The notes under the pieces: model-generated
Told to the model about the DNA's origin: nothing
The model's database searches: none
The model's input: only the letters and a program-made list of their open reading frames with translations
Made by a program: the position numbers and the translations under genes
NCBI GenBank assembly: GCA_902560505.1
Contig: CACELY010000001.1
Location: forward strand, 14,800 to 78,799
DNA length: 64,000 nucleotides
DNA from: an uncultured Alphaproteobacteria bacterium
GTDB taxonomy: Bacteria; Pseudomonadota; Alphaproteobacteria; Rhodobacterales; Rhodobacteraceae
Direction: 5' to 3'
Shown here: positions 18,580 to 29,509 of the stretch, piece by piece
How the letters are laid out: every line of letters starts with the position of its first letter
Numbering within the stretch: position 1 is the first letter of the stretch

Positions 18580-19374
18580 TTAACTGTTGTATGTCAAGCT
18601 CTGCCAATCTATTTTCATACTGTCTTTTGGATCTCTTATCGCTATAAAGCTACCATTTTCATAGTCTTTTTTTCCGTAAACGAGTTCTTTTTTTGTATTT
18701 ATATCAATGAGGGAGCCCCCTGCATATTTGAGTATCGCATGGCCTGCAGCGGTATCCCACTCCATGGTTCTGCCAAATCTTGGATAAATATCTGCTTTCC
18801 CTTCTGCAAGCCTACAAAACTTAATCGATGAGCCAATTTTTAAAGTGTCATGCTCACAATCGACTTTTAAAATGCTACTTTCTCTTCCAACCAAATTATT
18901 TTCAGAGGTTATCAGCGTAAGTGCCTCTCTATTTTCTAACTTCCCTGATACTTTTACTTTCTCAGTTTTTTTTAAGTAATTATATTTGAAAGTTTCCCGA
19001 TCGGGTGATGTGTAAAAAAGTTCACCGCTTATTGGGCTATAAATAACTCCCAACTCAGGTTCACGATTATTAATGAAAGCTATATTTACCGTGAAATTGT
19101 TGGTTTTGTTTAAAAACCCTTTTGTTCCGTCCAATGGATCAATAATGAAAAACGCTTGCTTTTCTAAAACTCTATTTTCGGATTCTTCTGATATTGCAGG
19201 TATGTTAGGAAACTGTTGATTTAAACCCCTTAGAATCATTTTGTTGGCTTCTTCGTCAGCAGTAGTTACAGGAGTCCTGTCATATTTAATAGATGTACTA
19301 AATTTACCGCTCTCATAAATTTTACGTATAGTTATTCCCGCTTCGGTGGCTAATTCAATCAGTATATCAATCAT
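18580..19374 (-). CDS. cysQ: 3'(2'),5'-bisphosphate nucleotidase / inositol monophosphatase family
   Basis: 264 aa. IMPase motifs PVTTADEEAN, IIDPLDGTKGF and WDTAAGHAIL. Confidence 0.85.
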   Translation of the reverse strand: MIDILIELATEAGITIRKIYESGKFSTSIKYDRTPVTTADEEANKMILRGLNQQFPNIPAISEESENRVLEKQAFFIIDPLDGTKGFLNKTNNFTVNIAFINNREPELGVIYSPISGELFYTSPDRETFKYNYLKKTEKVKVSGKLENREALTLITSENNLVGRESSILKVDCEHDTLKIGSSIKFCRLAEGKADIYPRFGRTMEWDTAAGHAILKYAGGSLIDINTKKELVYGKKDYENGSFIAIRDPKDSMKIDWQSLTYNS

Positions 19375-19435
19375 GCGCTAAACCTAAATCTGTATACCGT
19401 ATTACAACAAAAATACATTTTTAGCACCATCTAAT

Positions 19436-19463
19436 CTTGCACGATAAAATTAATTGCCTATAT
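19436..19463 (+). promoter_or_regulatory. candidate sigma-32 (RpoH) heat-shock promoter of dnaKJ
   Basis: CTTG (19436..19439), then a 17-nt spacer, then CCTATAT (19457..19463). This matches the alphaproteobacterial RpoH consensus CTTG-N17/18-CYTATNT. It lies about 40 nt upstream of the dnaK ATG. Confidence 0.55.
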
Positions 19464-19504
19464 ACCATAAAGTTAACGATATTATTTATTCGAAAGGTCA
19501 AATT

Positions 19505-21418
19505 ATGGGCAAGGTCATTGGTATAGACTTGGGAACAACAAATTCATGCGTAGCAATAATGGAAGGCGCAAACGCAAAGGTTGTTGAGAACTCAGAGGGC
19601 GCTAGAACAACACCATCAATTGTGGGATTTACTGATGATGAACGTCTGGTAGGTCAGCCGGCTAAAAGACAAGCTGTTACAAACCCATCGGACACCCTTT
19701 TCGCAGTTAAAAGACTGATTGGGAGGCAATATAACGACCCAATGGTCACAAAGGACAAGAAGATGGTTCCTTACAACATAGTCGAGGGGAGCAATAAAGA
19801 TGCCTGGGTGGAGGCAAAAGGTGAAAAGTACTCTCCAAGTCAGATATCGGCTTTTATATTGCAAAAAATGAAAGAAACCGCGGAAAGTCACCTAGGAGAT
19901 GAGGTGACACAGGCAGTGATTACTGTGCCGGCTTATTTTAATGATGCACAAAGGCAAGCAACAAAAGATGCAGGAAAAATCGCTGGTTTAGAAGTTCTTA
20001 GAATTATAAACGAACCTACCGCTGCTGCTCTTGCATATGGATTGGAAAAAAAAGGCGGTAAAACTATAGCTGTTTATGACTTGGGCGGAGGTACATTTGA
20101 TATTTCTATTTTAGAAATCGATGATGGGCTTTTTGAGGTCAAATCAACTAATGGAGATACGTTCTTAGGGGGTGAAGACTTTGATCTAAGAATTGTTGAT
20201 CATTTGGCAGAGGAGTTTAAAAAAGAAAGTGGCGTTGATTTAAAGGCTGACAAAATGGCCTTACAGAGGCTTAAAGAGGCCGCTGAAAAGGCGAAAATAG
20301 AACTGTCATCTTCAAGCCAAACTGAAATTAATCAACCTTTTATATCTATGGATCCGAAAACCAGTCAACCTTTGCATTTAGTGATGAAACTGACAAGAGC
20401 AAAACTTGAGAGCTTGGTGGCTGATCTAATAGCCAGGTCACTAAAACCATGTCAGGCTGCTATAACAGACGCAGATGTTAAAAAAGACGATATAGATGAA
20501 GTTGTTCTTGTTGGTGGCATGACAAGGATGCCTAAAGTTATTGAAGAGGTAACCAGTTTCTTTGGAAAGGAGCCTCACAAGGGTGTTAATCCTGATGAGG
20601 TTGTTGCAATGGGTGCTGCTATTCAAGCTGGGGTTTTACAAGGCGATGTGAAAGATGTCGTTCTTTTAGACGTTACGCCATTGAGCTTAGGAATAGAAAC
20701 ATTAGGTGGAGTATTTACGAGATTGATAGACCGAAACACAACCATTCCAACGAAGAAAAGCCAAGTGTTTTCTACTGCTGAAGATAATCAAAGTGCTGTA
20801 ACTATACGAGTATTTCAAGGTGAACGAGAAATGGCTACCGATAATAAAGAGCTTGGAAAATTCAACTTAGAGGAAATACCGCCTGCACCAAGAGGTATGC
20901 CACAGATTGAGGTTACCTTCGATATAGATGCAAACGGCATTGTTTCTGTGTCTGCAAAAGACAAAGGCACAGGTAAAGAACAAAAAATAACCATACAAGC
21001 ATCTGGTGGACTTTCCGAAGAGGAAATAGATAAGATGGTTCAAGACGCCGAAGAAAATGCCGAATCTGACAAGGCCAAAAAAGATCTTGTTGAAGCGAAA
21101 AACCAGGCTGAAAGCCTTATCCATAGTACCGAAAAATCGATTGAGGAGCATGGTGATAAAGTTGACCCATCTACCATTGAGGCTATGGAACTCTCCATGA
21201 AAGCTTTAAAGGAAGTTTTGGAAAGTGATGATGCAGAAAAAATTAAAGCTAGAAGCCAAGACTTAACCGAAGCGTCAATGAAACTAGGTGAGGCTATTTA
21301 TAAAGCAGAAGCAGAAAAAAATCCTGCTGAATCCGAAGCTGGCGATGATAATATAAATAAAGATGATAGTGATATTGTGGATGCCGATTTTGAAGATTTG
21401 GATGACCAAAAGAAATAA
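19505..21418 (+). CDS. dnaK: molecular chaperone DnaK (Hsp70)
   Basis: The track ORF begins at TTG 19454. The conserved N-terminus [17 protein letters not shown] starts at ATG 19505. The sequence is Hsp70 throughout. Confidence 0.98.
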   Translation: MGKVIGIDLGTTNSCVAIMEGANAKVVENSEGARTTPSIVGFTDDERLVGQPAKRQAVTNPSDTLFAVKRLIGRQYNDPMVTKDKKMVPYNIVEGSNKDAWVEAKGEKYSPSQISAFILQKMKETAESHLGDEVTQAVITVPAYFNDAQRQATKDAGKIAGLEVLRIINEPTAAALAYGLEKKGGKTIAVYDLGGGTFDISILEIDDGLFEVKSTNGDTFLGGEDFDLRIVDHLAEEFKKESGVDLKADKMALQRLKEAAEKAKIELSSSSQTEINQPFISMDPKTSQPLHLVMKLTRAKLESLVADLIARSLKPCQAAITDADVKKDDIDEVVLVGGMTRMPKVIEEVTSFFGKEPHKGVNPDEVVAMGAAIQAGVLQGDVKDVVLLDVTPLSLGIETLGGVFTRLIDRNTTIPTKKSQVFSTAEDNQSAVTIRVFQGEREMATDNKELGKFNLEEIPPAPRGMPQIEVTFDIDANGIVSVSAKDKGTGKEQKITIQASGGLSEEEIDKMVQDAEENAESDKAKKDLVEAKNQAESLIHSTEKSIEEHGDKVDPSTIEAMELSMKALKEVLESDDAEKIKARSQDLTEASMKLGEAIYKAEAEKNPAESEAGDDNINKDDSDIVDADFEDLDDQKK

Positions 21419-21455
21419 TTGAATATATTTGTTCCTTCTAAATATGGAAAGCTAA

Positions 21456-22598
21456 ATGGCTAAGAGAGATTATTATGAAACGCTTGGTGTCTCCAAGGGC
21501 TCTTCCGATGCTGAGATAAAAAAAGCGTTTAGATCCAAGGCAAGAGAACTTCACCCAGATAAAAATTCAGGAAGCGCTAAAGCCGAAGAAGAGTTTAAAG
21601 CCGTGAATGAAGCTTATGACATACTTAAAGATCCAAACAAAAAAGCAGCATATGATCAATACGGCCATGCTGCATTTGAAAACGGTGGTTTTGGTAACTC
21701 TGGGGGAAGTGGCGCTGATTTTTCATCAGCATTTTCAGATGTATTTGAAGACCTTTTTGGGGACTTTATGGGCGGCTCTTCTCGTCGAGGATCTAGCTCC
21801 TCCTCGAGAAGAGGGTCAGATCTAAGGTATAACATGTCCATATCATTAGAGGAAGCTTACAAAGGAAAGTCGACTACCATTACAGTTCCATCCTCAGTTA
21901 AATGTGAGCAATGTAGTGGAACAGGTGGTAAAGATGGAACTCAACCTTCTTCATGCCCAACATGCGGTGGAATGGGAAAGGTTAGAGCACAACAAGGATT
22001 TTTCACAGTTGAAAGGACTTGTCCAACCTGTTCTGGAAAAGGTCAGATGAACAAAAACCCATGTCGTTTTTGCTCAGGTTCAGGAACAACCCAGAAAAAT
22101 AAAAATCTGAGTGTAAATATTCCAGCCGGGGTTGAGACCGGAACACGGATTAGACTGACTGGAGAGGGTGAAGCTGGATTACAAAACGGTCCAGCAGGAG
22201 ATCTATATATTTTTACCGAGGTTCTTGATCACTCAATATTTCAGAGAGAGGGGGCTAATCTATTTTGTCAAATACCAATATCTATGGTGGCTGCCACGCT
22301 TGGTGGTGATATTGAGGCGCCAACTCTTGACGGAGGAAAGACAAGAGTGAAAGTCCCCGCCGGGATTCAAAGTGGAAAGCAGTTACGATTGCGAGGCAAA
22401 GGCATGCCTAATATCAGGGGTAGCTCATATGGTGATTTATATATAGAGCTAAATATAGAGACGCCTGTTAATCTCAATGAAAACCAAAAAGATCTACTAA
22501 GAGATTTTGAAAAGTCTCTTCAAGAAACTGCTAATAATCCAAAATATTCTAACTTTTTTTCAAAAGTGAAAAGTTTTTGGGAAAAAAACAGCCATTAA
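21456..22598 (+). CDS. dnaJ: molecular chaperone DnaJ
   Basis: 380 aa. J domain with HPD (ELHPDKN), G/F-rich linker and four CxxCxGxG zinc-finger repeats. Confidence 0.97.
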   Translation: MAKRDYYETLGVSKGSSDAEIKKAFRSKARELHPDKNSGSAKAEEEFKAVNEAYDILKDPNKKAAYDQYGHAAFENGGFGNSGGSGADFSSAFSDVFEDLFGDFMGGSSRRGSSSSSRRGSDLRYNMSISLEEAYKGKSTTITVPSSVKCEQCSGTGGKDGTQPSSCPTCGGMGKVRAQQGFFTVERTCPTCSGKGQMNKNPCRFCSGSGTTQKNKNLSVNIPAGVETGTRIRLTGEGEAGLQNGPAGDLYIFTEVLDHSIFQREGANLFCQIPISMVAATLGGDIEAPTLDGGKTRVKVPAGIQSGKQLRLRGKGMPNIRGSSYGDLYIELNIETPVNLNENQKDLLRDFEKSLQETANNPKYSNFFSKVKSFWEKNSH

Positions 22599-22670
22599 AC
22601 CATTGTTTACTTATTTCGAATTCTACAGTATTGAAATATAGAGAAACCCTTAATTACGAGACCTATTGCG

Positions 22671-25235
22671 GTGCAAACAACCCCCGTGATCCAGCAATAC
22701 CTAGAAATAAAGGCTAGTCACCAAGACTCGCTTCTGTTTTTTAGGATGGGTGATTTTTATGAGCTTTTTTTTTCTGATGCTGAGATAGCATCAGATGCTT
22801 TAAATATTATACTCACAAAAAGAGGGCAACATAAAGGAAAGGACATACCCATGTGCGGAGTTCCTTTTCACTCGGCAGAAAGCTATATAAAAACACTTCT
22901 AGATAAGAATATGAAAGTTGCCATTTGTGAACAGCTTGAAACTCCAAAAGAGGCGAAAAAAAGAGGTTATAAGGAGATTGTGAAAAGAGACGTGGTTAGA
23001 ATAATCACTCCAGGAACAAAATTAGAAGAATCTTTTCTGGTACAAAAAGAAAACAATATATTAATGGCCTTATTTTTCTTTGATAACATTTGGGCTTCTT
23101 GCTGGATAGATATTTCAACCGGCTTGTTCAAATCAACTACAAGCAATGAGTCAGAGTTATTATCGCTTATCGATCAAATATCACCAAAGGAAACTATCTC
23201 ATATGCAAATAAAAAAGAAATATCTATATTAAAATCATACACCCCCATAGAAATAACCTGGCTAGAAAGTAAAAAAAATTGTTCTAGAAACATTTTAATC
23301 GATTACTTATCTTCTTTTTTTGATCCTGACCGTCTTCAAAAACTTGATACCGCGTTGTTAGGGTCAATTTCCCTCCTCGTCGAATATCTTAAGAAAAATA
23401 AAAACCTTTTTTTAGACCACTTCGATGTCCCAGAGCAGGTTGAGCTTTCAAATATAATGACTATCGATCCTTCCACCCGTAAGAATCTTGAAATAAATAT
23501 TTCACTAGACGGAGAAAAAAGTCTTTCCCTCTTAGGTGTGGTCGATAAGACTTGTAGTCTTCTGGGATCCAGACTACTAAAGAGACGAATAAATGCTCCA
23601 TCCACGCAAATAGACCAGATTTTAAAATGGCAAAGCAAGACTGCTGAATTCTGTAATAATTTCCAAATTACTGAGAAAGTTAGAGCTTTAATAAGTAAGT
23701 TTCCTGATACAGAAAGGTCATTATCCCGGTTAATAAGACTTGGACCAAATCCTAGAGACCTTTTCTCATTGAAATTAGGTATGAACCTATTTTTTGAATT
23801 GAAAGAAATATTGATACATCTTGAGGAAAACAGCATTAAAAAAGGTAATTTATTCGAAGATAACCTGAAAAAGGTTCTTAAAGAGCTCGACTTGGCCATC
23901 AAAGAGGATCCACCCCTCACCATGAAAGAAGGTGGATTTATTAAAGAAAGTTTCAGCGATGAATTGCATGAATTTAAGTTGATAGAAAAAACAGCCTATT
24001 CCGACCTTCTGGAATTGCAAACAAAATACTCACAAAAAACTAAAATAAAGTCATTGAAACTAAAATATAACAACGTTCTAGGTTACTTTTTTGAGGCTCC
24101 AATTTCTTACAAGGATAAATTATTGGAGGACGAGGAATTTTTTCATAGACAAACAACGGCTAACACCGTTCGAATAAAAAGCAATAGCCTTGATCAGATA
24201 GAAAAAACGACTTTTAATGCCAGAAATAATGCATTGGAGTTAGAGATAAAAATATTGGAAGAATTACACGAAAAGGTAATAGAGATAAGTAAAGATATTA
24301 TAGTTTTATCAAGGGCAATTGCCTCTTTAGATGTTTGCTCAACACTCGGCTTTATTGCTGAAATGCATAATTGGTGCCGCCCCTTAATAGATAACAGCAA
24401 AGATTTCATTATTAAAGATGGTCGCCATTCTGTGGTTGAAAAAACAATTTTCAAGAAAAGCCTAAATGGCTTCGTTCCTAACGATTGTTCGTTAAGTACA
24501 AATGAGCATTTATGGCTAATAACTGGACCCAATATGGCAGGTAAATCAACATTTTTGAGACAAAATGCACATATCATTATTTTAGCACAAATTGGGTCCT
24601 ACGTTCCTGCTAAGCAAGCTAAGATTGGGATTGCAAGCAAGCTATTTAGCAGGATAGGAGCCTCAGACAATATTTCTAAAGGTCAGTCTACGTTTATGGT
24701 AGAAATGCTAGAAACAAGTAATATCATTAAAAACGCTGATGATAAGTCTTTTATTATTTTGGATGAAATAGGAAGAGGTACATCTACCTTTGATGGATTA
24801 GCTATCGCGTGGGCTATTATTGAAAAAGTTTTGCGAAGTAATAAATCCAGAACGTTGTTTGCAACACATTACCATGAGCTTACAGAAATTGAAAAAACCA
24901 ATTCAAAAGTTAGAAACGTTTCTTGTGAAATTAAAGAATGGAATGAAGAGATAATTTACTCATACAAAGTAGTTGAGGGGAAATCGAAGGGCTCCTTAGG
25001 GATAAAGGTCGCAGAGCTAGCTGGTTTTCCAGGCGATGTCATCGTAGAGGCTAAAGCGTTACTAGGAAAACTTCAAAGTAAAGGAGTAAATGAAGAAGAT
25101 ATTCATATAACGGAAGAAGATTTTGAAAAGGAAAGGCTTATTAGAGTCAAAAATGAGTTAGATAAGATTGACTTGAACTCTATAACACCTTTGGAAGCCC
25201 TTAATATTCTCCAAAAATTAAAGAGTGACAGCTAA
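22671..25235 (+). CDS. mutS: DNA mismatch repair protein MutS
   Basis: 854 aa. N-terminal TPVIQQYLEIK...FFRMGDFYELF, Walker A GPNMAGKST, and ILDEIGRGTSTFDGLAIA. Confidence 0.97.
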   Translation: MQTTPVIQQYLEIKASHQDSLLFFRMGDFYELFFSDAEIASDALNIILTKRGQHKGKDIPMCGVPFHSAESYIKTLLDKNMKVAICEQLETPKEAKKRGYKEIVKRDVVRIITPGTKLEESFLVQKENNILMALFFFDNIWASCWIDISTGLFKSTTSNESELLSLIDQISPKETISYANKKEISILKSYTPIEITWLESKKNCSRNILIDYLSSFFDPDRLQKLDTALLGSISLLVEYLKKNKNLFLDHFDVPEQVELSNIMTIDPSTRKNLEINISLDGEKSLSLLGVVDKTCSLLGSRLLKRRINAPSTQIDQILKWQSKTAEFCNNFQITEKVRALISKFPDTERSLSRLIRLGPNPRDLFSLKLGMNLFFELKEILIHLEENSIKKGNLFEDNLKKVLKELDLAIKEDPPLTMKEGGFIKESFSDELHEFKLIEKTAYSDLLELQTKYSQKTKIKSLKLKYNNVLGYFFEAPISYKDKLLEDEEFFHRQTTANTVRIKSNSLDQIEKTTFNARNNALELEIKILEELHEKVIEISKDIIVLSRAIASLDVCSTLGFIAEMHNWCRPLIDNSKDFIIKDGRHSVVEKTIFKKSLNGFVPNDCSLSTNEHLWLITGPNMAGKSTFLRQNAHIIILAQIGSYVPAKQAKIGIASKLFSRIGASDNISKGQSTFMVEMLETSNIIKNADDKSFIILDEIGRGTSTFDGLAIAWAIIEKVLRSNKSRTLFATHYHELTEIEKTNSKVRNVSCEIKEWNEEIIYSYKVVEGKSKGSLGIKVAELAGFPGDVIVEAKALLGKLQSKGVNEEDIHITEEDFEKERLIRVKNELDKIDLNSITPLEALNILQKLKSDS

Positions 25236-25247
25236 AAATCAGATTTC

Positions 25248-25868
25248 CTAACTTTCCTCTTCTTTATTTTCAATAGCTCCTGAGGACACCCCTACCTGCG
25301 TGGCCCTTAAAAGTCTATCTCCTATTGTAAAACCATTTGCCATTACTTGAATAATATTTCCTTTTTCAATATTTGGGTGTGGACCCTCAAACATTGCTTG
25401 ATGAAACTTGGGGTCAAATTTTTCTCCCACTTCAGGGGCCAGTTCATTGATTTCGTGGTTTGAAAAAGTGTTTAGCAATTCCTTTTTTGTGAGCTCAATT
25501 CCCTCGAGAACAGCATTTTGCTTCTCTACCATCTCGTCGTCTACACTTTCCAAGGCTCTATTAAGATTATCAAGTACGGACAATAAGTCTCTAGCTAATT
25601 TCGTACCGCCATATATTTCTGCATCTTTTTTTTCCTTAAAAAATTTTTTCCTTATATTTTCTGTTTCCGCTAGCGCTCTCATCATTTTGTCTGAAAGAAT
25701 TTTATTTTCCTCTTTAAGTTCCTCTAATGTTTTTTCTTCCTCCTCGGTTTCCTCGGGTATATTTTTTTCGTCCTTTTCTTCATTATCAGTTGAGAATGCA
25801 ACTTCTTCGTCTTGTTTCAGCGTCTCATCATGATCCTTTGGCTCTATACCTATATCCTCTTTACCCAT
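25248..25868 (-). CDS. grpE: nucleotide exchange factor GrpE
   Basis: The track ORF starts at TTG 25913. ATG 25868 lies 8 nt after GGAAAGG. Acidic N-terminus, then the GrpE core (RALAETENIRKK...GFTIGDRLLRATQVGVS). Confidence 0.92.
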   Translation of the reverse strand: MGKEDIGIEPKDHDETLKQDEEVAFSTDNEEKDEKNIPEETEEEEKTLEELKEENKILSDKMMRALAETENIRKKFFKEKKDAEIYGGTKLARDLLSVLDNLNRALESVDDEMVEKQNAVLEGIELTKKELLNTFSNHEINELAPEVGEKFDPKFHQAMFEGPHPNIEKGNIIQVMANGFTIGDRLLRATQVGVSSGAIENKEEES

Positions 25869-25988
25869 TTTAACGACCTTTCCGTTCTTCAGTATACTTT
25901 TCGCTGATAACAAAGTAGCAGCGTTACAGTTTTCGTCTTTACTCTTTTATTCATGGTAATTAATAGAATTTGCAGTTCTGTATATAAG

Positions 25989-26017
25989 ATATAAGTGTAA
26001 ATTTAAAGAATTTAAAG
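25989..26017 (-). promoter_or_regulatory. possible sigma-32-type promoter of grpE (weak)
   Basis: The minus strand reads CCTTTAAA, then an 18-nt spacer, then CTTATAT(C)T. There is one mismatch in the -35 (CTTT for CTTG). It lies about 120 nt upstream of the grpE ATG. Confidence 0.3.
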
Positions 26018-26131
26018 GCGTATAAATGTAAAAATTTAAAATATTCCTTGTATTTTCAAATTTTAAACTTGCTTTATTTAAGTGAATAATTTTTTATGAA
26101 TGCATAAATTAAACAGCTTACTGGTTAAGAA

Positions 26132-26839
26132 ATGGACACGTTAAGTAAAGAGATGCGAGATGTTTCAATATCTTTTGATTTATTAACGAACGTAGAAAAT
26201 TCCTGTCTAATAAAATTTGGCAACACTATCGTCATTTGTAAAGCAACCATTGAAGAATCTGTTCCTCCTTTCCTAAGAAAAAGCGGTATGGGGTGGGTGA
26301 CAGCAGAGTACGGAATGTTACCAGGTTCCACAAATGAAAGGATGAGAAGGGAAGCTAAACAGACTGGCCAAAGTGGTAGAACACAAGAGATCCAAAGATT
26401 GATTGGAAGAAGTTTAAGAGTTGCTGTTGACAGAGTTGCGCTAGGCGAGAGACAAATAATAGTTGATTGTGATGTTATCCAAGCTGACGGTGGCACTAGA
26501 TGTGCCTCAATATGTGGAGGTTGGGTCGCACTAAAACTAGCCACCAACACCTTGAAAAGAAATGGGCAGATAAAGTTTGACCCAATTATCCGTCACGTTG
26601 CAGCGATATCATGTGGGATTGTCGATGGAGAAAAAAAATTGGACCTTAACTATCAAGAAGATAGTGCTGCGGAGACAGATGCTAATTTTGTTATGGACGA
26701 TAAAGGGGAGTTAATTGAAATCCAATGCTCTGCTGAAAAAAAACCGTTTTCAAAAGAGGACTTCGAAATGATGTTTTCTATGGCTTCAGAAGGAATAAAA
26801 AAATTAGTTGAAATACAGAAATCAGCGTTAGATGAATAG
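26132..26839 (+). CDS. rph: ribonuclease PH
   Basis: 235 aa. [32 protein letters not shown] and [12 protein letters not shown]. Confidence 0.96.
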   Translation: MDTLSKEMRDVSISFDLLTNVENSCLIKFGNTIVICKATIEESVPPFLRKSGMGWVTAEYGMLPGSTNERMRREAKQTGQSGRTQEIQRLIGRSLRVAVDRVALGERQIIVDCDVIQADGGTRCASICGGWVALKLATNTLKRNGQIKFDPIIRHVAAISCGIVDGEKKLDLNYQEDSAAETDANFVMDDKGELIEIQCSAEKKPFSKEDFEMMFSMASEGIKKLVEIQKSALDE

Positions 26840-27443
26840 AAAATTTCGAGAAAAGGATTTAGTTTTAGCCACCCACAATTTTGGAAAGATAGAAGAGTTC
26901 AAACATTTGTTTGGCAAAGTTAACTTCAATATTGCAGACATAGGCCAATACTCTGGCAAAACGCCAGATGAGACTGGGAGGTCGTTTTGGGAGAATTCTT
27001 TGATTAAGGCGAGAGAAGCTACAAAATTAACTGGTCTGGTAAGCTTAGCAGATGACAGCGGGCTATGTGTTGATATATTAGATGGCGCGCCTGGGATTTA
27101 CTCAGCAGATTGGGCAATTAAGAGTGATGGGTCAAGGGATTTTAATTTCGCAACTAATAAGCTCTTAAGGGAAATTGAAAAAAATGATTTTGAAGGGCCT
27201 TGCACCGCTTATTTTATTTGCTCATTAATTTTATATTGGCCAGATAATCATTTTGAGAAGTTTGAGGGGAAAATATATGGTGAAATAATTTGGCCTGGTA
27301 GGGGTGAAAAGGGTCACGGCTATGATCCGGTTTTTCTCCCAAATGGATACGAAGAAACTTTTGGGCAGATGGATAGATGGAAAAAAAATAAGATAAGTCA
27401 TAGGGGACTAGCTGTAAATAATCTATTGGATTCTTGTTTTTAA
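26832..27443 (+). CDS. rdgB: dITP/XTP pyrophosphatase (RdgB/HAM1 family)
   Basis: 203 aa. [34 protein letters not shown] and GYDPVF...SHRG. Confidence 0.92.
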   Translation: MNRKFREKDLVLATHNFGKIEEFKHLFGKVNFNIADIGQYSGKTPDETGRSFWENSLIKAREATKLTGLVSLADDSGLCVDILDGAPGIYSADWAIKSDGSRDFNFATNKLLREIEKNDFEGPCTAYFICSLILYWPDNHFEKFEGKIYGEIIWPGRGEKGHGYDPVFLPNGYEETFGQMDRWKKNKISHRGLAVNNLLDSCF

Positions 27444-27444
27444 A

Positions 27445-28584
27445 ATGGAAGAATCTTCGCTAGCGTTATACATACATTGGCCATTTTGTAAAATAAAGTG
27501 CCCCTATTGCGATTTTAATTCATACAAAAGAGAAAGCACTAATCAGTCTCATTGGTTAAAGGCCTATTTGAGAGCATTAGAATTATGGTCTTCAAGACTG
27601 GCTGGAAGGAAAATTAAGTCCATTTTTTTTGGTGGAGGTACACCTAGTCTTCTTAATCCTGATTTTTTAAGGATGGTATTACAGAAAATCGATAGCCTAT
27701 GGAGTATTAATCGTAATTGTGAGATTACTATCGAGGCCAATCCAAACAGTGTATTGGAAAGAAAATTTAAATTATTTAGGGAAATCGGTATTAATAGGGT
27801 GTCAGTAGGTGTGCAAGCTCTTAATGATAGAGATTTAAATAATTTAGGACGCGATCATAATAAAAATCAAGCTATAGAAGCTATAGAAGTCATTAACACT
27901 TGGTTTAAAAATTATAACCTAGACTTTATATATGGCAGGCAACATCAAAGTACGAGCGAGTGGAGGGATGAGCTTTTAGAAATACTTTCCCTAGATGCGC
28001 CGCACCTTTCTCTCTATCAACTTACAATAGAAGAATCCACTAATTTCCATAAGCTTTTCAAAAGAGATTTATTAAAAGGTTTACCAACACAAGAGACTGT
28101 ATCTGATATGTTTGATATCACGAAGCAACTTTGTAAAGACGGTGGTTATACGCAATATGAACCATCAAACTTTGCGAGAAAAGGCTTTAAGTGCAAGCAT
28201 AATATTTCGTACTGGAAGTATAGTGATTACATTGGTGTAGGGCCAGGCGCACACGGTCGGATAACAATGTCAGGAAAAAGATATGCAACGGAAGAAGAGA
28301 AGAACCCGGATATTTGGTTTGAAAAAACAGTTTCCCTAAATTCAAGTACACCAAAGATAACCCCAATGAAAAACAAAGTTGTGTTAGAAGAAAAATTAAT
28401 TATGAATCTTAGAATATCCGCAAATATACCGGTTTCCATTTTTGACTATGAAAAACTTAACCCTGTTGTATTCCATCTAGAAGAGAACAAACTAATAAAA
28501 ACCAAAAACAATGAAATTGTTATAAGAAAGAGAGGTAAAAAAATGTTGGATTACATTGCTAGGTCACTAGTAGATTGCTTTTAA
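27445..28584 (+). CDS. hemW: radical SAM heme chaperone HemW (HemN-like, oxygen-independent coproporphyrinogen oxidase family)
   Basis: 379 aa. LYIHWPFCKIKCPYCDF radical-SAM motif, GGGTPS, and the HemN C-terminal domain. Confidence 0.88.
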   Translation: MEESSLALYIHWPFCKIKCPYCDFNSYKRESTNQSHWLKAYLRALELWSSRLAGRKIKSIFFGGGTPSLLNPDFLRMVLQKIDSLWSINRNCEITIEANPNSVLERKFKLFREIGINRVSVGVQALNDRDLNNLGRDHNKNQAIEAIEVINTWFKNYNLDFIYGRQHQSTSEWRDELLEILSLDAPHLSLYQLTIEESTNFHKLFKRDLLKGLPTQETVSDMFDITKQLCKDGGYTQYEPSNFARKGFKCKHNISYWKYSDYIGVGPGAHGRITMSGKRYATEEEKNPDIWFEKTVSLNSSTPKITPMKNKVVLEEKLIMNLRISANIPVSIFDYEKLNPVVFHLEENKLIKTKNNEIVIRKRGKKMLDYIARSLVDCF

Positions 28585-28588
28585 AAAG

Positions 28589-29509
28589 TCAGATCTTCAT
28601 TATTTTTGAACAAAATATATCTAATTGTTCTAAGTCTTTGTATTTAATAACGATACGTCCCCCGCCAGAATTTTCATTGTGATCTATAGATGTCTTCAAA
28701 CCAAGAGCTAATTTAAGATCTTGTTCTAAATTAAGAGTATCAACATCTTTTTTGAGTGATGTGTCTTTTTTTACTATTTTATCACTTTGGGATAGTCCTT
28801 TTTTTACGATATTTTCTATATCCCTAACCGATAAACTCTCTTTTATTATTTTCCTTGCTAAAAACTCTGAATTTTTTACTCCCACAAGAGCTCTTGCATG
28901 TCCGCTTGTCAATTTACCTTCATTTAAAAATATAATTATGCTTTCTGGTAGTGATAATAGTCTTAAAGAATTCGCTATATAACTTCTTGATTTTCCAAGC
29001 GATGCTGAAACTTTCTCTTGAGTATAACCAAAATCTTGTATTAACTGCCTGTAAGAATTAGCTTCCTCAATCGGATTTAAGTCTACTCTTTGAATGTTTT
29101 CAATAATGGAAATTTTTACAACTTCTTCGTCAGTTAACTCCTTAATTAAAACCGGAACTTCATGAATTTTCGCAATTTGTGCAGCTCTCCAGCGCCTTTC
29201 ACCAGCTACTATCTCATAAATATCATTGTTTTTCCTCACAAGAATGGGTTGTATTATTCCCGTTTCTTTAATTGAAGAAGCTAGGCTGTTTAGTTCACCG
29301 GTTGAAAAATCTTTTCGAGGTTGATTCAGATTTGGAACAAGATGCTCTATTGGTAGATAACTTGAGTTATTAGAAAGACCTTTATCCTTATCTTCATCTT
29401 TTTTCCTTTCCACTATGTCATCGAAGCCATCAACATCTAGAAAGGATGAAAGCCCTCTACCCAAACCTTTTTTTCGTTCATTTTTTGAACTCATCTTCCC
29501 TTCTTTCAA
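28589..29509 (-). CDS. parB: chromosome partitioning protein ParB
   Basis: 306 aa. GLGRGLSSFL, ParB box PIEHLVPNLNQPRK and ILVR...YEIVAGERRWRAAQ. HTH region. TTG 29509 is preceded by AAGAGGGAAG. The alternative ATG is at 29494. Confidence 0.95.
   Translation of the reverse strand: MKEGKMSSKNERKKGLGRGLSSFLDVDGFDDIVERKKDEDKDKGLSNNSSYLPIEHLVPNLNQPRKDFSTGELNSLASSIKETGIIQPILVRKNNDIYEIVAGERRWRAAQIAKIHEVPVLIKELTDEEVVKISIIENIQRVDLNPIEEANSYRQLIQDFGYTQEKVSASLGKSRSYIANSLRLLSLPESIIIFLNEGKLTSGHARALVGVKNSEFLARKIIKESLSVRDIENIVKKGLSQSDKIVKKDTSLKKDVDTLNLEQDLKLALGLKTSIDHNENSGGGRIVIKYKDLEQLDIFCSKIMKI

Noticed and set aside
19421-19446. CIRCE-like TTAGCAC upstream of dnaK
   Set aside because: The downstream partner (GCACGATAA) is not the inverted repeat GAGTGCTAA. 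There is no hairpin potential, and the region fits a sigma-32 promoter better.
23336-23923. Long antisense ORFs inside well-supported genes (195 aa in mutS; also 26125..26550 in rph, 34079..34522 in rho, 44636..45067 in infB, 25408..25833 in grpE, 12333..12731 in gltB)
   Set aside because: All are fully nested antisense to strongly conserved genes. They have low-complexity Ser/Phe/Leu-rich translations typical of shadow frames in AT-rich DNA.
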